Positions 48,523-57,657 of a stretch of 64,000 nucleotides of DNA are shown in pieces. The stretch is from an uncultured Alphaproteobacteria bacterium (lineage in GTDB: Bacteria; Pseudomonadota; Alphaproteobacteria; HIMB59; GCA-002718135). Position 1 is the first letter of the stretch. Each line of letters opens with the position of its first letter. The stretch is taken from contig CACFVT010000001.1 of the NCBI GenBank assembly GCA_902569865.1, positions 22,350 through 86,349 of the forward strand. The letters run 5' to 3'. The position numbers were made by a program, and so were the translations under genes. Below the pieces are notes generated by a model. It had not been told where the DNA came from. It did not search any database and saw nothing but the letters and a program-made list of their open reading frames with translations.

Positions 48523-50646
48523 CTATCCTTTTATTCTCTCTAAAGAAGACACCTCAGAAACCAATCTTAAAGCTGCCAAAATATTTTTAAGATGGTTAGT
48601 ATCTCTCACTTCAATATCTATTATTATTTCGTAGAAATCAACTTTTCTAATTGAAAAATTAATATTTGAAATATTGCCATTATTTTTAGCAATTATAGTT
48701 GTAACTTTACCTAGGCTACCTGGTTGATTTTTAAGAACAACATTTAATCGAGAATTTGAAACAGTATTTTTATTAACTGAATTATCCCAAGAAATATTCA
48801 GCCATCTTTCAGGATTATCATTGTATGATGATAGTGTTTCACAATCAACAGTATGAACTGCTACTCCTATTCCTGCTGTAACTATGCCAACTATTGTATC
48901 TCCTTTTATAGGAGAGCAGCATCCTGATAAATGATATGACATACCAGCAGTAAGTCCTTTTAATTTTATTGAATTTTCTGACTCATTTTTAAATTTATTG
49001 GCTAATTTATAATTAAATTCCGGATAAATTTTTTTTAAAACAGATACAGCTGTCATATTTCCAGAACCTACAAGCTCATACAAATCTTCAATATCTGATA
49101 ATTTAAAATCTTTTTTTATTTTATTTATTGTAGATTTATTAAGTTCATAATTTTCTTTTACAAAAAAAGAGTCTAATATTTGTTTTCCAAACATAATATA
49201 TTCATCTCTTTTTTTTGTTCTAAAGAAACGTCTTACCTGAGATTTGACCTTTGAAGTAACTGCAAATCTTTGCCATAAAGGTGAAGGTTGTGATTCTTCA
49301 GAAGTTATTATTTCGATTTGATCTCCATTTTTTAAAATAGTTTTAAGTGGTTGGAGCTTGCCATTTATTTTAGCGCCAACGCATTTATCTCCAATTTGTG
49401 AATGAATTGAATAAGCAAAATCAACTGGAGTTGCACCTTTAGGAAGTTCTATTACATCACCTTTTGGAGTAAAAACATATATATCATTTTGAAAGAGATT
49501 AATTTTAGCATTTTCAATTAACTCATCTTGATTTAATGATGAATTCATTAAATCTAAAAGTTCATGCATCCATTTATATTCTTTTGTATCATTATCTTTT
49601 ATTTTTTTAGGGTCTTTGTATTTCCAATGAGCTGCTACACCATAATCTGCAATTTGATTCATTACATTTGATCTAAATTGAATTTCAATTTTTTTATTTT
49701 TAGGACCCATAACCGATGTATGAATAGCTCTATATCCATTTGACTTTGGTGCAGAAATAAAATCTTTAAATCTACCTTGAATATATGAAAATTTTCTGTG
49801 AATTATTCCTAAACATCTATAACATTCTCTTGTTGAATTCGTAATAATTCTAAATGCCATAATGTCTGATAATTGTTCAAATGATATATTTTTCTTTTTT
49901 ATTTTGTTCCAAATCGAATAAGGTGATTTTATTCTACCATCTATTTTGCAATTTATATCTTCAGCTGAAAAAATGTTACTTAGCTCATACCTTATTTCAT
50001 CAATAATATTTTCATCTTTGGATTTTAAATAATCCAATCTATCTATAATAGAGTTTCTAGCATCAGAATTAATTGATTTAAAAGCTAAATCTTCAAGCTC
50101 ATCCTGCCACTCTTTCATCCCAAGCCTTTGTGCTAATGGAGAAAATACCTCCAGTGTTTCCATAGAAGTATTAATTCTTTTATTTTCATCTTTTATAAAT
50201 TCTATAGTTCTCATATTATGAAGTCTATCTGCTAGTTTTACTAATATAACTCTTAAGTCTTCTGTTGAAGCTAAAAGTAACTTTCTATAATTTTCTCCTA
50301 ATTTCAACTTATTTGCCTTTAAAGAAAATTTATTTATTTTAGTGAGTCCTTGCACTAATTGAGAAATTTGATCTCCAAATATATCTTTAATAGACTTATT
50401 AGTAATTTCAGTATCTTCAACTGTGTCATGTAAAAGGCCAGCAGCAATTGAAGAAGCATCAAGCTTGATTGATGTTAAAATTTTTGCAACCTCAATAGGG
50501 TGAGTAACAAAAGGATCACCAGACTGTCTAGTTTGATTTTTATGCGCCTTATTACTAAAATTTATAGCCTTGGATACTACTGACTTATCAGAGGCATTCA
50601 AATAAATAACTAATTCTTCAAGTTCTTTGATCTTTTCAAGTATCAT
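48523..50646 (-). CDS. spoT: Bifunctional (p)ppGpp synthetase/hydrolase (RSH)
   Basis: 707 aa. HD hydrolase domain (HPIEVA...LHDTVEDT), synthetase domain (YRAIHT), then TGS and ACT-like C-terminal domains. Confidence 0.9.
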   Translation of the reverse strand: MILEKIKELEELVIYLNASDKSVVSKAINFSNKAHKNQTRQSGDPFVTHPIEVAKILTSIKLDASSIAAGLLHDTVEDTEITNKSIKDIFGDQISQLVQGLTKINKFSLKANKLKLGENYRKLLLASTEDLRVILVKLADRLHNMRTIEFIKDENKRINTSMETLEVFSPLAQRLGMKEWQDELEDLAFKSINSDARNSIIDRLDYLKSKDENIIDEIRYELSNIFSAEDINCKIDGRIKSPYSIWNKIKKKNISFEQLSDIMAFRIITNSTRECYRCLGIIHRKFSYIQGRFKDFISAPKSNGYRAIHTSVMGPKNKKIEIQFRSNVMNQIADYGVAAHWKYKDPKKIKDNDTKEYKWMHELLDLMNSSLNQDELIENAKINLFQNDIYVFTPKGDVIELPKGATPVDFAYSIHSQIGDKCVGAKINGKLQPLKTILKNGDQIEIITSEESQPSPLWQRFAVTSKVKSQVRRFFRTKKRDEYIMFGKQILDSFFVKENYELNKSTINKIKKDFKLSDIEDLYELVGSGNMTAVSVLKKIYPEFNYKLANKFKNESENSIKLKGLTAGMSYHLSGCCSPIKGDTIVGIVTAGIGVAVHTVDCETLSSYNDNPERWLNISWDNSVNKNTVSNSRLNVVLKNQPGSLGKVTTIIAKNNGNISNINFSIRKVDFYEIIIDIEVRDTNHLKNILAALRLVSEVSSLERIKG

Positions 50647-50693
50647 TTTTAAAAATTAAAATAAATGAATGGATAAAAAATAAAGATCTAATA

Positions 50694-51125
50694 TTAACTA
50701 GATTTATCGTCTTGATTCTCACTGATAGTATTGGATACTTCATTATCATTTGTTTCCATAATTGATTCTTTAATATCTTCCAATTCTTCAGCTGATTCGC
50801 TTTCAACATGATTTTGTGCTAATTCATCTATCGAAGCATCTTCTTCTTCTAAATTTTCATCAGTGAATTCTAAAGCATACTCCTCTTCATCATTAATTGG
50901 GGAAACTGTCTGATATTCCTCAATTAAACTTTGTTTAAATTCATCAGCTGAAATCGTTTCATCTGCAATTTCTCTTAAAGCTATAACAGTGTTTTTATCA
51001 TTATCTTTTTGAACAGTAGGCTCATCTCCAGAGTGGAGTTTTCTAGCCCTGTTTGAAGCTACCAATACAAGTTCGAATCTACTGTCAAATTTATCTATAC
51101 AATCTTCTACTGTAATTCTAGCCAT
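50694..51125 (-). CDS. rpoZ: DNA-directed RNA polymerase subunit omega (with acidic C-terminal tail)
   Basis: [30 protein letters not shown] is the canonical omega N-terminus. rpoZ-spoT order. Confidence 0.9.
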   Translation of the reverse strand: MARITVEDCIDKFDSRFELVLVASNRARKLHSGDEPTVQKDNDKNTVIALREIADETISADEFKQSLIEEYQTVSPINDEEEYALEFTDENLEEEDASIDELAQNHVESESAEELEDIKESIMETNDNEVSNTISENQDDKSS

Positions 51126-51167
51126 TGTGTGGGCTTATAGATATCTAATTATAAAAATGCAAACAAA

Positions 51168-51614
51168 TTAATTGTTTTTAAGTAATCTTTGCTTATTTTT
51201 GTTCCAATCCTTTAATTTTTGACTTTGTCTTTTATCATATTTTTTCTTACCTCTTCCAAGGCCTATATTAAGTTTTACAAGACCCTTATCATTAAAGTAA
51301 ATACTTAGAGGAATTATTGAAAAACCTTCTCTCTTAATTGACCCAATTAATTTATTAAGTTCTTTTTTTGAAATAAGTAATTTTCTTTGTCTGATTGGAT
51401 CATTTACTTTATCGCTAGAAGAATGATATTTTTTAATATTACAATTACAAAGCCACAATTCTCCTTTCTTTTCTTCTACATAAGCTTCTTTAATTGAAGG
51501 AGAATTGACTCTTAGCGACTTAACTTCTGAACCAGTTAAAACTAAACCTGAATTTATCTTGAGTGAAATATTATAATTATATGTTGCCCTTTTATTATTG
51601 GCAATTACTTTCAT
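51168..51614 (-). CDS. smpB: SsrA-binding protein SmpB
   Basis: 148 aa. IANNKRATYNY, GSEVKSLR and KKYDKRQS motifs. Confidence 0.9.
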   Translation of the reverse strand: MKVIANNKRATYNYNISLKINSGLVLTGSEVKSLRVNSPSIKEAYVEEKKGELWLCNCNIKKYHSSSDKVNDPIRQRKLLISKKELNKLIGSIKREGFSIIPLSIYFNDKGLVKLNIGLGRGKKKYDKRQSQKLKDWNKNKQRLLKNN

Positions 51615-51615
51615 T

Positions 51616-52488
51616 CTAAAGCAAAGTTAAACTTTTTAAACAATCTGAAACACTTTGTTTAGTATTTTTACTTATTTCTACAAGAGGTAATCTAGTTTCA
51701 CTACTGCACAGACCTAACAAAGATGCTGCATATTTTACTGGTCCAGGACTAGATTCTAGAAAGAGTGAATTATGAAGTTTTGCCAACTTCAAATTTATTT
51801 CCTGAGCTTTCTGTATATTTTTTTCTCTCCAAGCTAGATGCATATCAGAGCATAATTTTGGGGCGACATTAGCAGTTACAGATATACATCCATGTCCACC
51901 CTGAGATAAGAACGCTAGAGCTGTGCCATCTTCTCCAGATAAAAAACAAAATTCATTTTTCATATACGCAAGTGTAAGCAAAGGTCTAAATAAATCATTT
52001 GTTGCGTCTTTAACGCCAATGATATTTTCAATTTTGGACAACTCAATCATTGTCTCAATAGACATATCTATGACAGATCTTCCTGGGATATTGTATATTA
52101 TAATTGGTAATTTAACTGAATCTGCAATCATTTTAAAATGAGCATATAAACCATTTTGTGTAGGTTTATTGTAATATGGAGTTACAACTAAAGCTGCATC
52201 TGCTCCAACACTCTCTGCATGTTTGGTATAATCCACAGCCTCTTTAGTATTATTCGATCCAGTTCCAGCAATTACTGGAACTCTTTTATCGCTAATTTTT
52301 ATTGTTTGTTCAATTATCTTTTTATGTTCTTCATGAGATAAAGTAGGAGATTCACCTGTAGTTCCACATGGTACCAATCCATTTGATCCATTTAAAATTA
52401 AATGATTAACAATTTTATCAAGAGAGTTGTAATCAACTTTATTATTTTTAAATGGTGTAATTACCGCAGGTATGCTTCCAAAAAACAT
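51616..52488 (-). CDS. dapA: 4-hydroxy-tetrahydrodipicolinate synthase
   Basis: 290 aa. ITPF...GTTGESPTLSHEEH and YNIPGRS motifs. Confidence 0.9.
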   Translation of the reverse strand: MFFGSIPAVITPFKNNKVDYNSLDKIVNHLILNGSNGLVPCGTTGESPTLSHEEHKKIIEQTIKISDKRVPVIAGTGSNNTKEAVDYTKHAESVGADAALVVTPYYNKPTQNGLYAHFKMIADSVKLPIIIYNIPGRSVIDMSIETMIELSKIENIIGVKDATNDLFRPLLTLAYMKNEFCFLSGEDGTALAFLSQGGHGCISVTANVAPKLCSDMHLAWREKNIQKAQEINLKLAKLHNSLFLESSPGPVKYAASLLGLCSSETRLPLVEISKNTKQSVSDCLKSLTLL

Positions 52489-52497
52489 TTTATTTAA

Positions 52498-52589
52498 TGG
52501 CGGAGAGAGAGGGATTCGAACCCTCGGAAGGAGTTACCTCCTTCGCAGGTTTAGCAAACCTGTGGTTTAAGCCACTCACCCATCTCTCC
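52498..52589 (-). tRNA. tRNA-Ser (anticodon GCT)
   Basis: The reverse complement GGAGAGA...TCTCTCCGCCA has anticodon stem CAGGT/ACCTG, loop TT-GCT-AA, a long variable arm (GAAGGAGGTAACTCCTTCC) and T loop TTCGAAT. Confidence 0.9.
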
Positions 52590-52711
52590 TGTTGTTGTTT
52601 CATAAGACCTTAATAAGCAAATGTTTCATGAAACTCAACAATATTAATTCACATATTTGAATATGAACTATTTGAACTAACAAAATGAATAAAATAGTAT
52701 AATTTTTATAT

Positions 52712-53593
52712 ATGTCTAATCACATCTTCTGGTTATCCTCATATCCAAAAAGTGGGAATACATTAATGAGATTGATTTTATCCGCTTTATTTTTTAGTAA
52801 AGACGGTTTGGTAAATTTAGATTTAATTAAATATATTAGTAATTATGAAAGCACCAGAAATTTGAATTTTATAAAGGATAAAAATTATGATGATTTTACT
52901 CAACTAAATAAATTAGAAATATTATCAAAATATTATTTAAACTCACAATCAAAACAAAACTTAGGTTTAAATGAAGATTTTGGTTTTTTTAAAACTCATT
53001 CTGCAAATTTAAAAATATTTAATAATAACTTTACTGTAGAAAATAATGTTAGAGGATTGATCTATATTATCAGAGATCCAAGAGATATAATAATTTCATG
53101 GTCAAATTATGCAAATGTATCAATTAAAGAATCAATTAAATTTATTACTAATCGAAATTCATGTATTAACTGGCATAATAGTGAAAATTCATTTTTAGAC
53201 AAAAAAATAATACCTCAAGTTTTTTTATCTAAATGGGATACTCATGTAATTTCCTGGATAGACAAATTTGAAAAAAAACCCAAACTAATTTTAAAATATG
53301 AAGATATTATTGAGAAAAAAAAAGAAATTATATTAAAAATTATAAATTTTTTTGAGAGCAATTATAAAATAAAATTTATCAATATAGAAAATAAATTGAA
53401 TAATATAATTGAAACAACAACAATCCATAATTTAAAAAAAGAAGAGATTAATAAATCAAGTGAAAAAAATTTATTAAATCCATTTTTTAGAAAAGGAAAA
53501 TCTAAACAATGGAAGAATATACTTACAAATGAGCAAAGTGAAATAATTTGTGAAAAATTTAAAAAAGTAATGGAGATGTTTGATTATATTTAA
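52712..53593 (+). CDS. PAPS-dependent sulfotransferase-domain protein
   Basis: 293 aa. 5'-PSB loop SYPKSGNT, 3'-PB region IYIIRDPRDIIISW, and C-terminal FFRKGKSKQWKNILT (RKGxxGxW-like). Classical cytosolic-type sulfotransferase fold. Confidence 0.75.
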   Translation: MSNHIFWLSSYPKSGNTLMRLILSALFFSKDGLVNLDLIKYISNYESTRNLNFIKDKNYDDFTQLNKLEILSKYYLNSQSKQNLGLNEDFGFFKTHSANLKIFNNNFTVENNVRGLIYIIRDPRDIIISWSNYANVSIKESIKFITNRNSCINWHNSENSFLDKKIIPQVFLSKWDTHVISWIDKFEKKPKLILKYEDIIEKKKEIILKIINFFESNYKIKFINIENKLNNIIETTTIHNLKKEEINKSSEKNLLNPFFRKGKSKQWKNILTNEQSEIICEKFKKVMEMFDYI

Positions 53594-53642
53594 GTATATT
53601 AATGTTTGTTTAAATAGTAAAAAAATAATATTAAGAGTTAAA

Positions 53643-53981
53643 ATGGAAAAACTAATTATTAGATTTTATAGGGGTCAAATAACCTTGTGGAGATCTTATT
53701 GGTTAGTTGGAGAATTATTTAATGCTCTATTCATATTATTAATTTTTAATCTTGAGATCTATATATTCAATAATAACCAATTCACAAACTCTTTACCGTT
53801 TTTAGATTTCAGCAATTTTAGTTTATTAACAAAGCTTGTTTTAGTAATCTGGACATTTTTTTTAACTATTGGAATTTGGAGATCGGCTGAAAATTACAAA
53901 GGAAATATTATTTGGATTATTGGCACTTTTATTGTTCTATCTTATAGAATTTACACTTTAAGACTAATGCTTTTTGGATAA
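53643..53981 (+). CDS. Hypothetical small membrane protein (3 predicted TM segments)
   Basis: The ORF is open from 53580. I prefer ATG 53643 (MEKLIIRFYRGQITLWRSYWLVG...), which leaves 112 aa. Hydrophobic segments are present and there is no recognisable family. Its 3' end overlaps gatB by 18 nt. Confidence 0.4.
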   Translation: MEKLIIRFYRGQITLWRSYWLVGELFNALFILLIFNLEIYIFNNNQFTNSLPFLDFSNFSLLTKLVLVIWTFFLTIGIWRSAENYKGNIIWIIGTFIVLSYRIYTLRLMLFG

Positions 53982-55439
53982 CTTAGATTTTAAAATTTCA
54001 TTTAAAATTTTAGGATTTGCTTTTCCTTTACTTTTTTGCATAGATTGACCAACAAAAAATCCAAGCAACTTATCTTTACCAGACAAATACTGCTCAACCA
54101 TTTTTTTATTTTCTTCAAGAACTTCTTCAACAATAATTTCAATTTCACTTGTATTAGTAACCTGTTTTAATCCCTTACGTTCTATAATTTTTTCTGGATC
54201 TTCTTTTGTGTTAAACATTTCAACCAAAACATCTTTAGCAATCTTACCTGATATTATATCCTCTTTAATTAATTTTACTAATCTTCCCAAGTTCTCAGGA
54301 GTTATTGGGGAATTATTAATTTCAATATTTTTTTCATTTAAAAGTGAAAACAATTCCGATGTAAGCCAATTAACAACAATCTTTGATGACTCTTTAAGTG
54401 TTTTATCAGATTTTATTATATTGTCGAAATAATCAGATACCAATTTATCTGCAGTTAAAACTGATGCATCATAATTTGATAAATTATAATCCTCTACATA
54501 TCTTTTTTTTCTATCATCAGGTAATTCAGGAATTGTTTTTTTTAATTTATTAATTTCTTCTTGATCAATTTCTAAAGGCAATAAATCAGGATCTGGAAAA
54601 TACCTGTAATCATGTGCTTCTTCTTTACTTCTCATAGGTCTTGTTTTACCTGTAGATGTATTAAATAATAGTGTGTTTTGTTCAATAACACCGCCTTCCT
54701 CAAGAACTTCAACTTGTCTTTGAGATTCATAATTAATTGCCTGTTTGATAAATTTAATAGAATTTAAATTTTTAATTTCACACCTAGTGCCATATTCATA
54801 ACCAGGTTTTCTGACTGAAATATTTACATCTGCACGTAATGAACCTTCTTGCATATTTCCATCACAAGTTCCAAGATACATTAAAATTGATCTTATTTTT
54901 GAAATATATAAACCTGCTTCATCTGCACTTCTGATATCTGGCTCACTTACAATTTCCATTAAGGCAACTCCTGATCTATTTAAATCAACATATGTTTTTT
55001 TTGGATTTTGATCGTGAAGACTCTTACCTGCGTCTTGCTCTAAATGAAGTCTTACTATTCTAATATCTTTTGAGCTACCATCTTTAAAATCAATAATAAC
55101 TTTTCCCTCACCAACAATAGGATACTTGTATTGACTTATTTGATATCCTTGAGGAAGATCTGCATAAAAATAGTTTTTTCTGTCAAATACAGAATAATTA
55201 TTAATTTTTGCTTTTAAACCTATTCCAGTTTTTACAGCCTGCTCTATACAATACTTATTTATAACTGGTAGCATGCCTGGCATTGCTGCATCAACAAGAG
55301 AGACTTGACTATTTGGTTTTGAGCCAAAAGCTGTAGAAGAATTACTAAATAGTTTTGAATTTGATTTTACTTGAGCATGTATTTCAAGACCAATTACAGT
55401 TTCCCACTCATATTTTTTTCCTTTTATTAAATTACTCAT
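53964..55439 (-). CDS. gatB: Asp/Glu-tRNA amidotransferase subunit B
   Basis: 491 aa. WETVIGLEIHAQ N-terminus, GatB pattern throughout, and a C-terminal YqeY-like domain. Confidence 0.95.
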   Translation of the reverse strand: MSNLIKGKKYEWETVIGLEIHAQVKSNSKLFSNSSTAFGSKPNSQVSLVDAAMPGMLPVINKYCIEQAVKTGIGLKAKINNYSVFDRKNYFYADLPQGYQISQYKYPIVGEGKVIIDFKDGSSKDIRIVRLHLEQDAGKSLHDQNPKKTYVDLNRSGVALMEIVSEPDIRSADEAGLYISKIRSILMYLGTCDGNMQEGSLRADVNISVRKPGYEYGTRCEIKNLNSIKFIKQAINYESQRQVEVLEEGGVIEQNTLLFNTSTGKTRPMRSKEEAHDYRYFPDPDLLPLEIDQEEINKLKKTIPELPDDRKKRYVEDYNLSNYDASVLTADKLVSDYFDNIIKSDKTLKESSKIVVNWLTSELFSLLNEKNIEINNSPITPENLGRLVKLIKEDIISGKIAKDVLVEMFNTKEDPEKIIERKGLKQVTNTSEIEIIVEEVLEENKKMVEQYLSGKDKLLGFFVGQSMQKSKGKANPKILNEILKSKLSKKH

Positions 55440-56856
55440 AATCTTTCTCTAAAGCAAAAGCAGCATTAAAAATTTCCTGCTCATGATAGTGTTTACTCAA
55501 AAATTGAATACCAAGAGGTAAACCTTGTTTATCATTACCATATGGGATTGAAATACCGGGTATACCAGCTAATGAAGCAGGTACTGTAAATACATCATTA
55601 AGATACATTTTAATTGGATCATCTTGTTTTTCATTTAAAGGAAATGCAGCGCTGGGTGCTGTAGGGGTTAAAATTAAATCACAATCTGAAAATACTTCTA
55701 CAAAATCATTAGCAATTAACTTTCTTACTTTTTGTGCTTTTATATAATATGCATCATAATAACCTGCTGATAATACATATGTTCCAATTAGTATTCTTCT
55801 TTTAACTTCTTTTCCAAAACCCTCACTTCTAGTTAATTCATACATATCATCTAAACTTTTTGCATCGCTAGCCCTAAAACCATATTTAACACCATCGTAT
55901 CTAGCTAAATTTGATGAAGCTTCAGCAGGAGCTATTATGTAATAAGTAGGTAAAGCATACTTAGTATGAGGTAATGAAATATGCTTTATTTTGGCACCTT
56001 TTTTTTCTAAAGACTTAATAGCATCTTCCCAAACTCCATTAATTTCATCTGATGTTCCGTCAATATTATATTCCTTAGGTATTCCAATAACCTTACCCTC
56101 TAAACTAGGATCTAGATTTTTAGAGAAACTTGGTATTTGAACATTTGAACTAGTACTGTCTCTTTGATCATGGCCAGCTATTTCTTCTAATAATATTGAT
56201 GCATCTGTTACATTCTTTGAAAAAACTCCAGCTTGATCAAGACTTGATGCAAAAGCCGCAATACCCCATCTAGAACATAAACCATAGGTGGGTTTAATTC
56301 CAACAACACCACAAAAACTAGCAGGTTGTCTTATAGATCCTCCTGTGTCTGTACCTGTGGCACCTAAACATAAATCTGCAGCTACAGCTGCAGCTGAACC
56401 ACCTGATGATCCTCCTGGAGCCAATGGATTATCATTTTTTGATAAAGGATTTATAGTATTGCCAAAATAACTAGTATTAGTAGCAGAACCCATTGCAAAT
56501 TCATCTAAATTAGTTTTACCAACAAACATTGATCCTTGATCAACTAATTTTTGTGTAACAAAAGATTCATAAGTGGGTTTAAAATTTTCTAATATTTTTG
56601 ATGCTGCGGTAGTAGGCATTTTTGCAGTACAAAATAAATCTTTTACAGCAATAGGTATACCTTTTAAGGTTTTATCATTTGGTAATTTTTCGATTTCTTT
56701 TACTTGTTCATGAATTTTATCTTCATTAAAATAAATAAAAATATTTAATTCTTTTTTTTCTTTGATTCTCTTAATGTATGTTTCAGCAATTTCTTTAATA
56801 GATATTTTATTTTGATCTAAAAGTGATTTTAAATGCGAGATTGATTTAAAGCTCAT
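55432..56856 (-). CDS. gatA: Asp/Glu-tRNA amidotransferase subunit A
   Basis: 474 aa. Amidase signature GGSSGGSAAAVAA...GTDTGGSIRQPA. Confidence 0.95.
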   Translation of the reverse strand: MSFKSISHLKSLLDQNKISIKEIAETYIKRIKEKKELNIFIYFNEDKIHEQVKEIEKLPNDKTLKGIPIAVKDLFCTAKMPTTAASKILENFKPTYESFVTQKLVDQGSMFVGKTNLDEFAMGSATNTSYFGNTINPLSKNDNPLAPGGSSGGSAAAVAADLCLGATGTDTGGSIRQPASFCGVVGIKPTYGLCSRWGIAAFASSLDQAGVFSKNVTDASILLEEIAGHDQRDSTSSNVQIPSFSKNLDPSLEGKVIGIPKEYNIDGTSDEINGVWEDAIKSLEKKGAKIKHISLPHTKYALPTYYIIAPAEASSNLARYDGVKYGFRASDAKSLDDMYELTRSEGFGKEVKRRILIGTYVLSAGYYDAYYIKAQKVRKLIANDFVEVFSDCDLILTPTAPSAAFPLNEKQDDPIKMYLNDVFTVPASLAGIPGISIPYGNDKQGLPLGIQFLSKHYHEQEIFNAAFALEKDYE

Positions 56857-57143
56857 TATTCAACAACCTTAGGAACTGCAAAATACCCTTCAAGTTTATC
56901 AGGGCTATTTTTTAAAATTTCATCAGATGAGTTTATATCCTTCGCTTCATCTTTTCTTTGTGGAAGAATTGATGATGAAATGTTTGCCAATGGCTTCACT
57001 GAATCTGTATTAACTTCATTAAGTTGCTCTACCCAATCTAAAATTGAATTCATATCTTTGAGCAAATCTTTAGCTTCTTCCTCAGAAAGTCTAATTCTAG
57101 CAAGTTTTGCAATTTTATTTATTGTATTTGTGTCTAACTTCAA
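56856..57143 (-). CDS. gatC: Asp/Glu-tRNA amidotransferase subunit C
   Basis: 95 aa. KIAKLARIRLSEEEAKDL pattern. TTG start at 57143 with GGAG 10 nt upstream. Confidence 0.9.
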   Translation of the reverse strand: MKLDTNTINKIAKLARIRLSEEEAKDLLKDMNSILDWVEQLNEVNTDSVKPLANISSSILPQRKDEAKDINSSDEILKNSPDKLEGYFAVPKVVE

Positions 57144-57148
57144 TTTAT

Positions 57149-57622
57149 ATGTCTCCAGTGATTGAAAAATCTAACAATTTAATTGATCGACTTATTACAT
57201 CACAAATTCTTGTAGGTCTAGATGTAGGTTACAAAACAATAGGAATTGCTGTATCTGATAGATCTTTTACTATTGCTACACCCATTAATACAGTTAACAG
57301 AAAAGGTACGAATAAAGACTTATCTAAAATTAATGAATATTTAAATGAATATGAAATAGGAGGATTTATTATTGGGTTACCAATAAGTCTAGATGGTAAA
57401 GAAAATGAACAAACAACGAAAATTAGAAAATTTAGCAATAAATTACAACTATTTTTTTCAGTAGCTGTTGAATTTTGGGATGAAAGATATTCGTCTGATA
57501 TCATATTTAAAGAAATGAGAAAATCTGATGTTAGCTCTACAAAGATTAAAAAAAAGCTAGATCAACAGTCAGCAGCTTATATTTTGCAAGGATATTTGGA
57601 TAAGTATAGAAATACTGTTTAA
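57149..57622 (+). CDS. ruvX: Holliday-junction-resolvase-like nuclease RuvX (YqgF)
   Basis: ILVGLDVGYKTIGIAVSD RNase H-like N-terminal motif. ATG 57149 is preferred over the TTG 57107 of the ORF track, which would overlap gatC head-on. Confidence 0.8.
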   Translation: MSPVIEKSNNLIDRLITSQILVGLDVGYKTIGIAVSDRSFTIATPINTVNRKGTNKDLSKINEYLNEYEIGGFIIGLPISLDGKENEQTTKIRKFSNKLQLFFSVAVEFWDERYSSDIIFKEMRKSDVSSTKIKKKLDQQSAAYILQGYLDKYRNTV

Positions 57623-57657
57623 ATTAGTTTACACATACTAACACAATATTAGCACAT

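Noticed and set aside
52498-53981. Idea that the sulfotransferase pair is an integrative island targeted to tRNA-Ser
   Set aside because: There is no integrase and no direct repeat of the tRNA 3' end. The genes also lie on the 5' side of the tRNA, whereas integrative elements normally occupy the 3' side.
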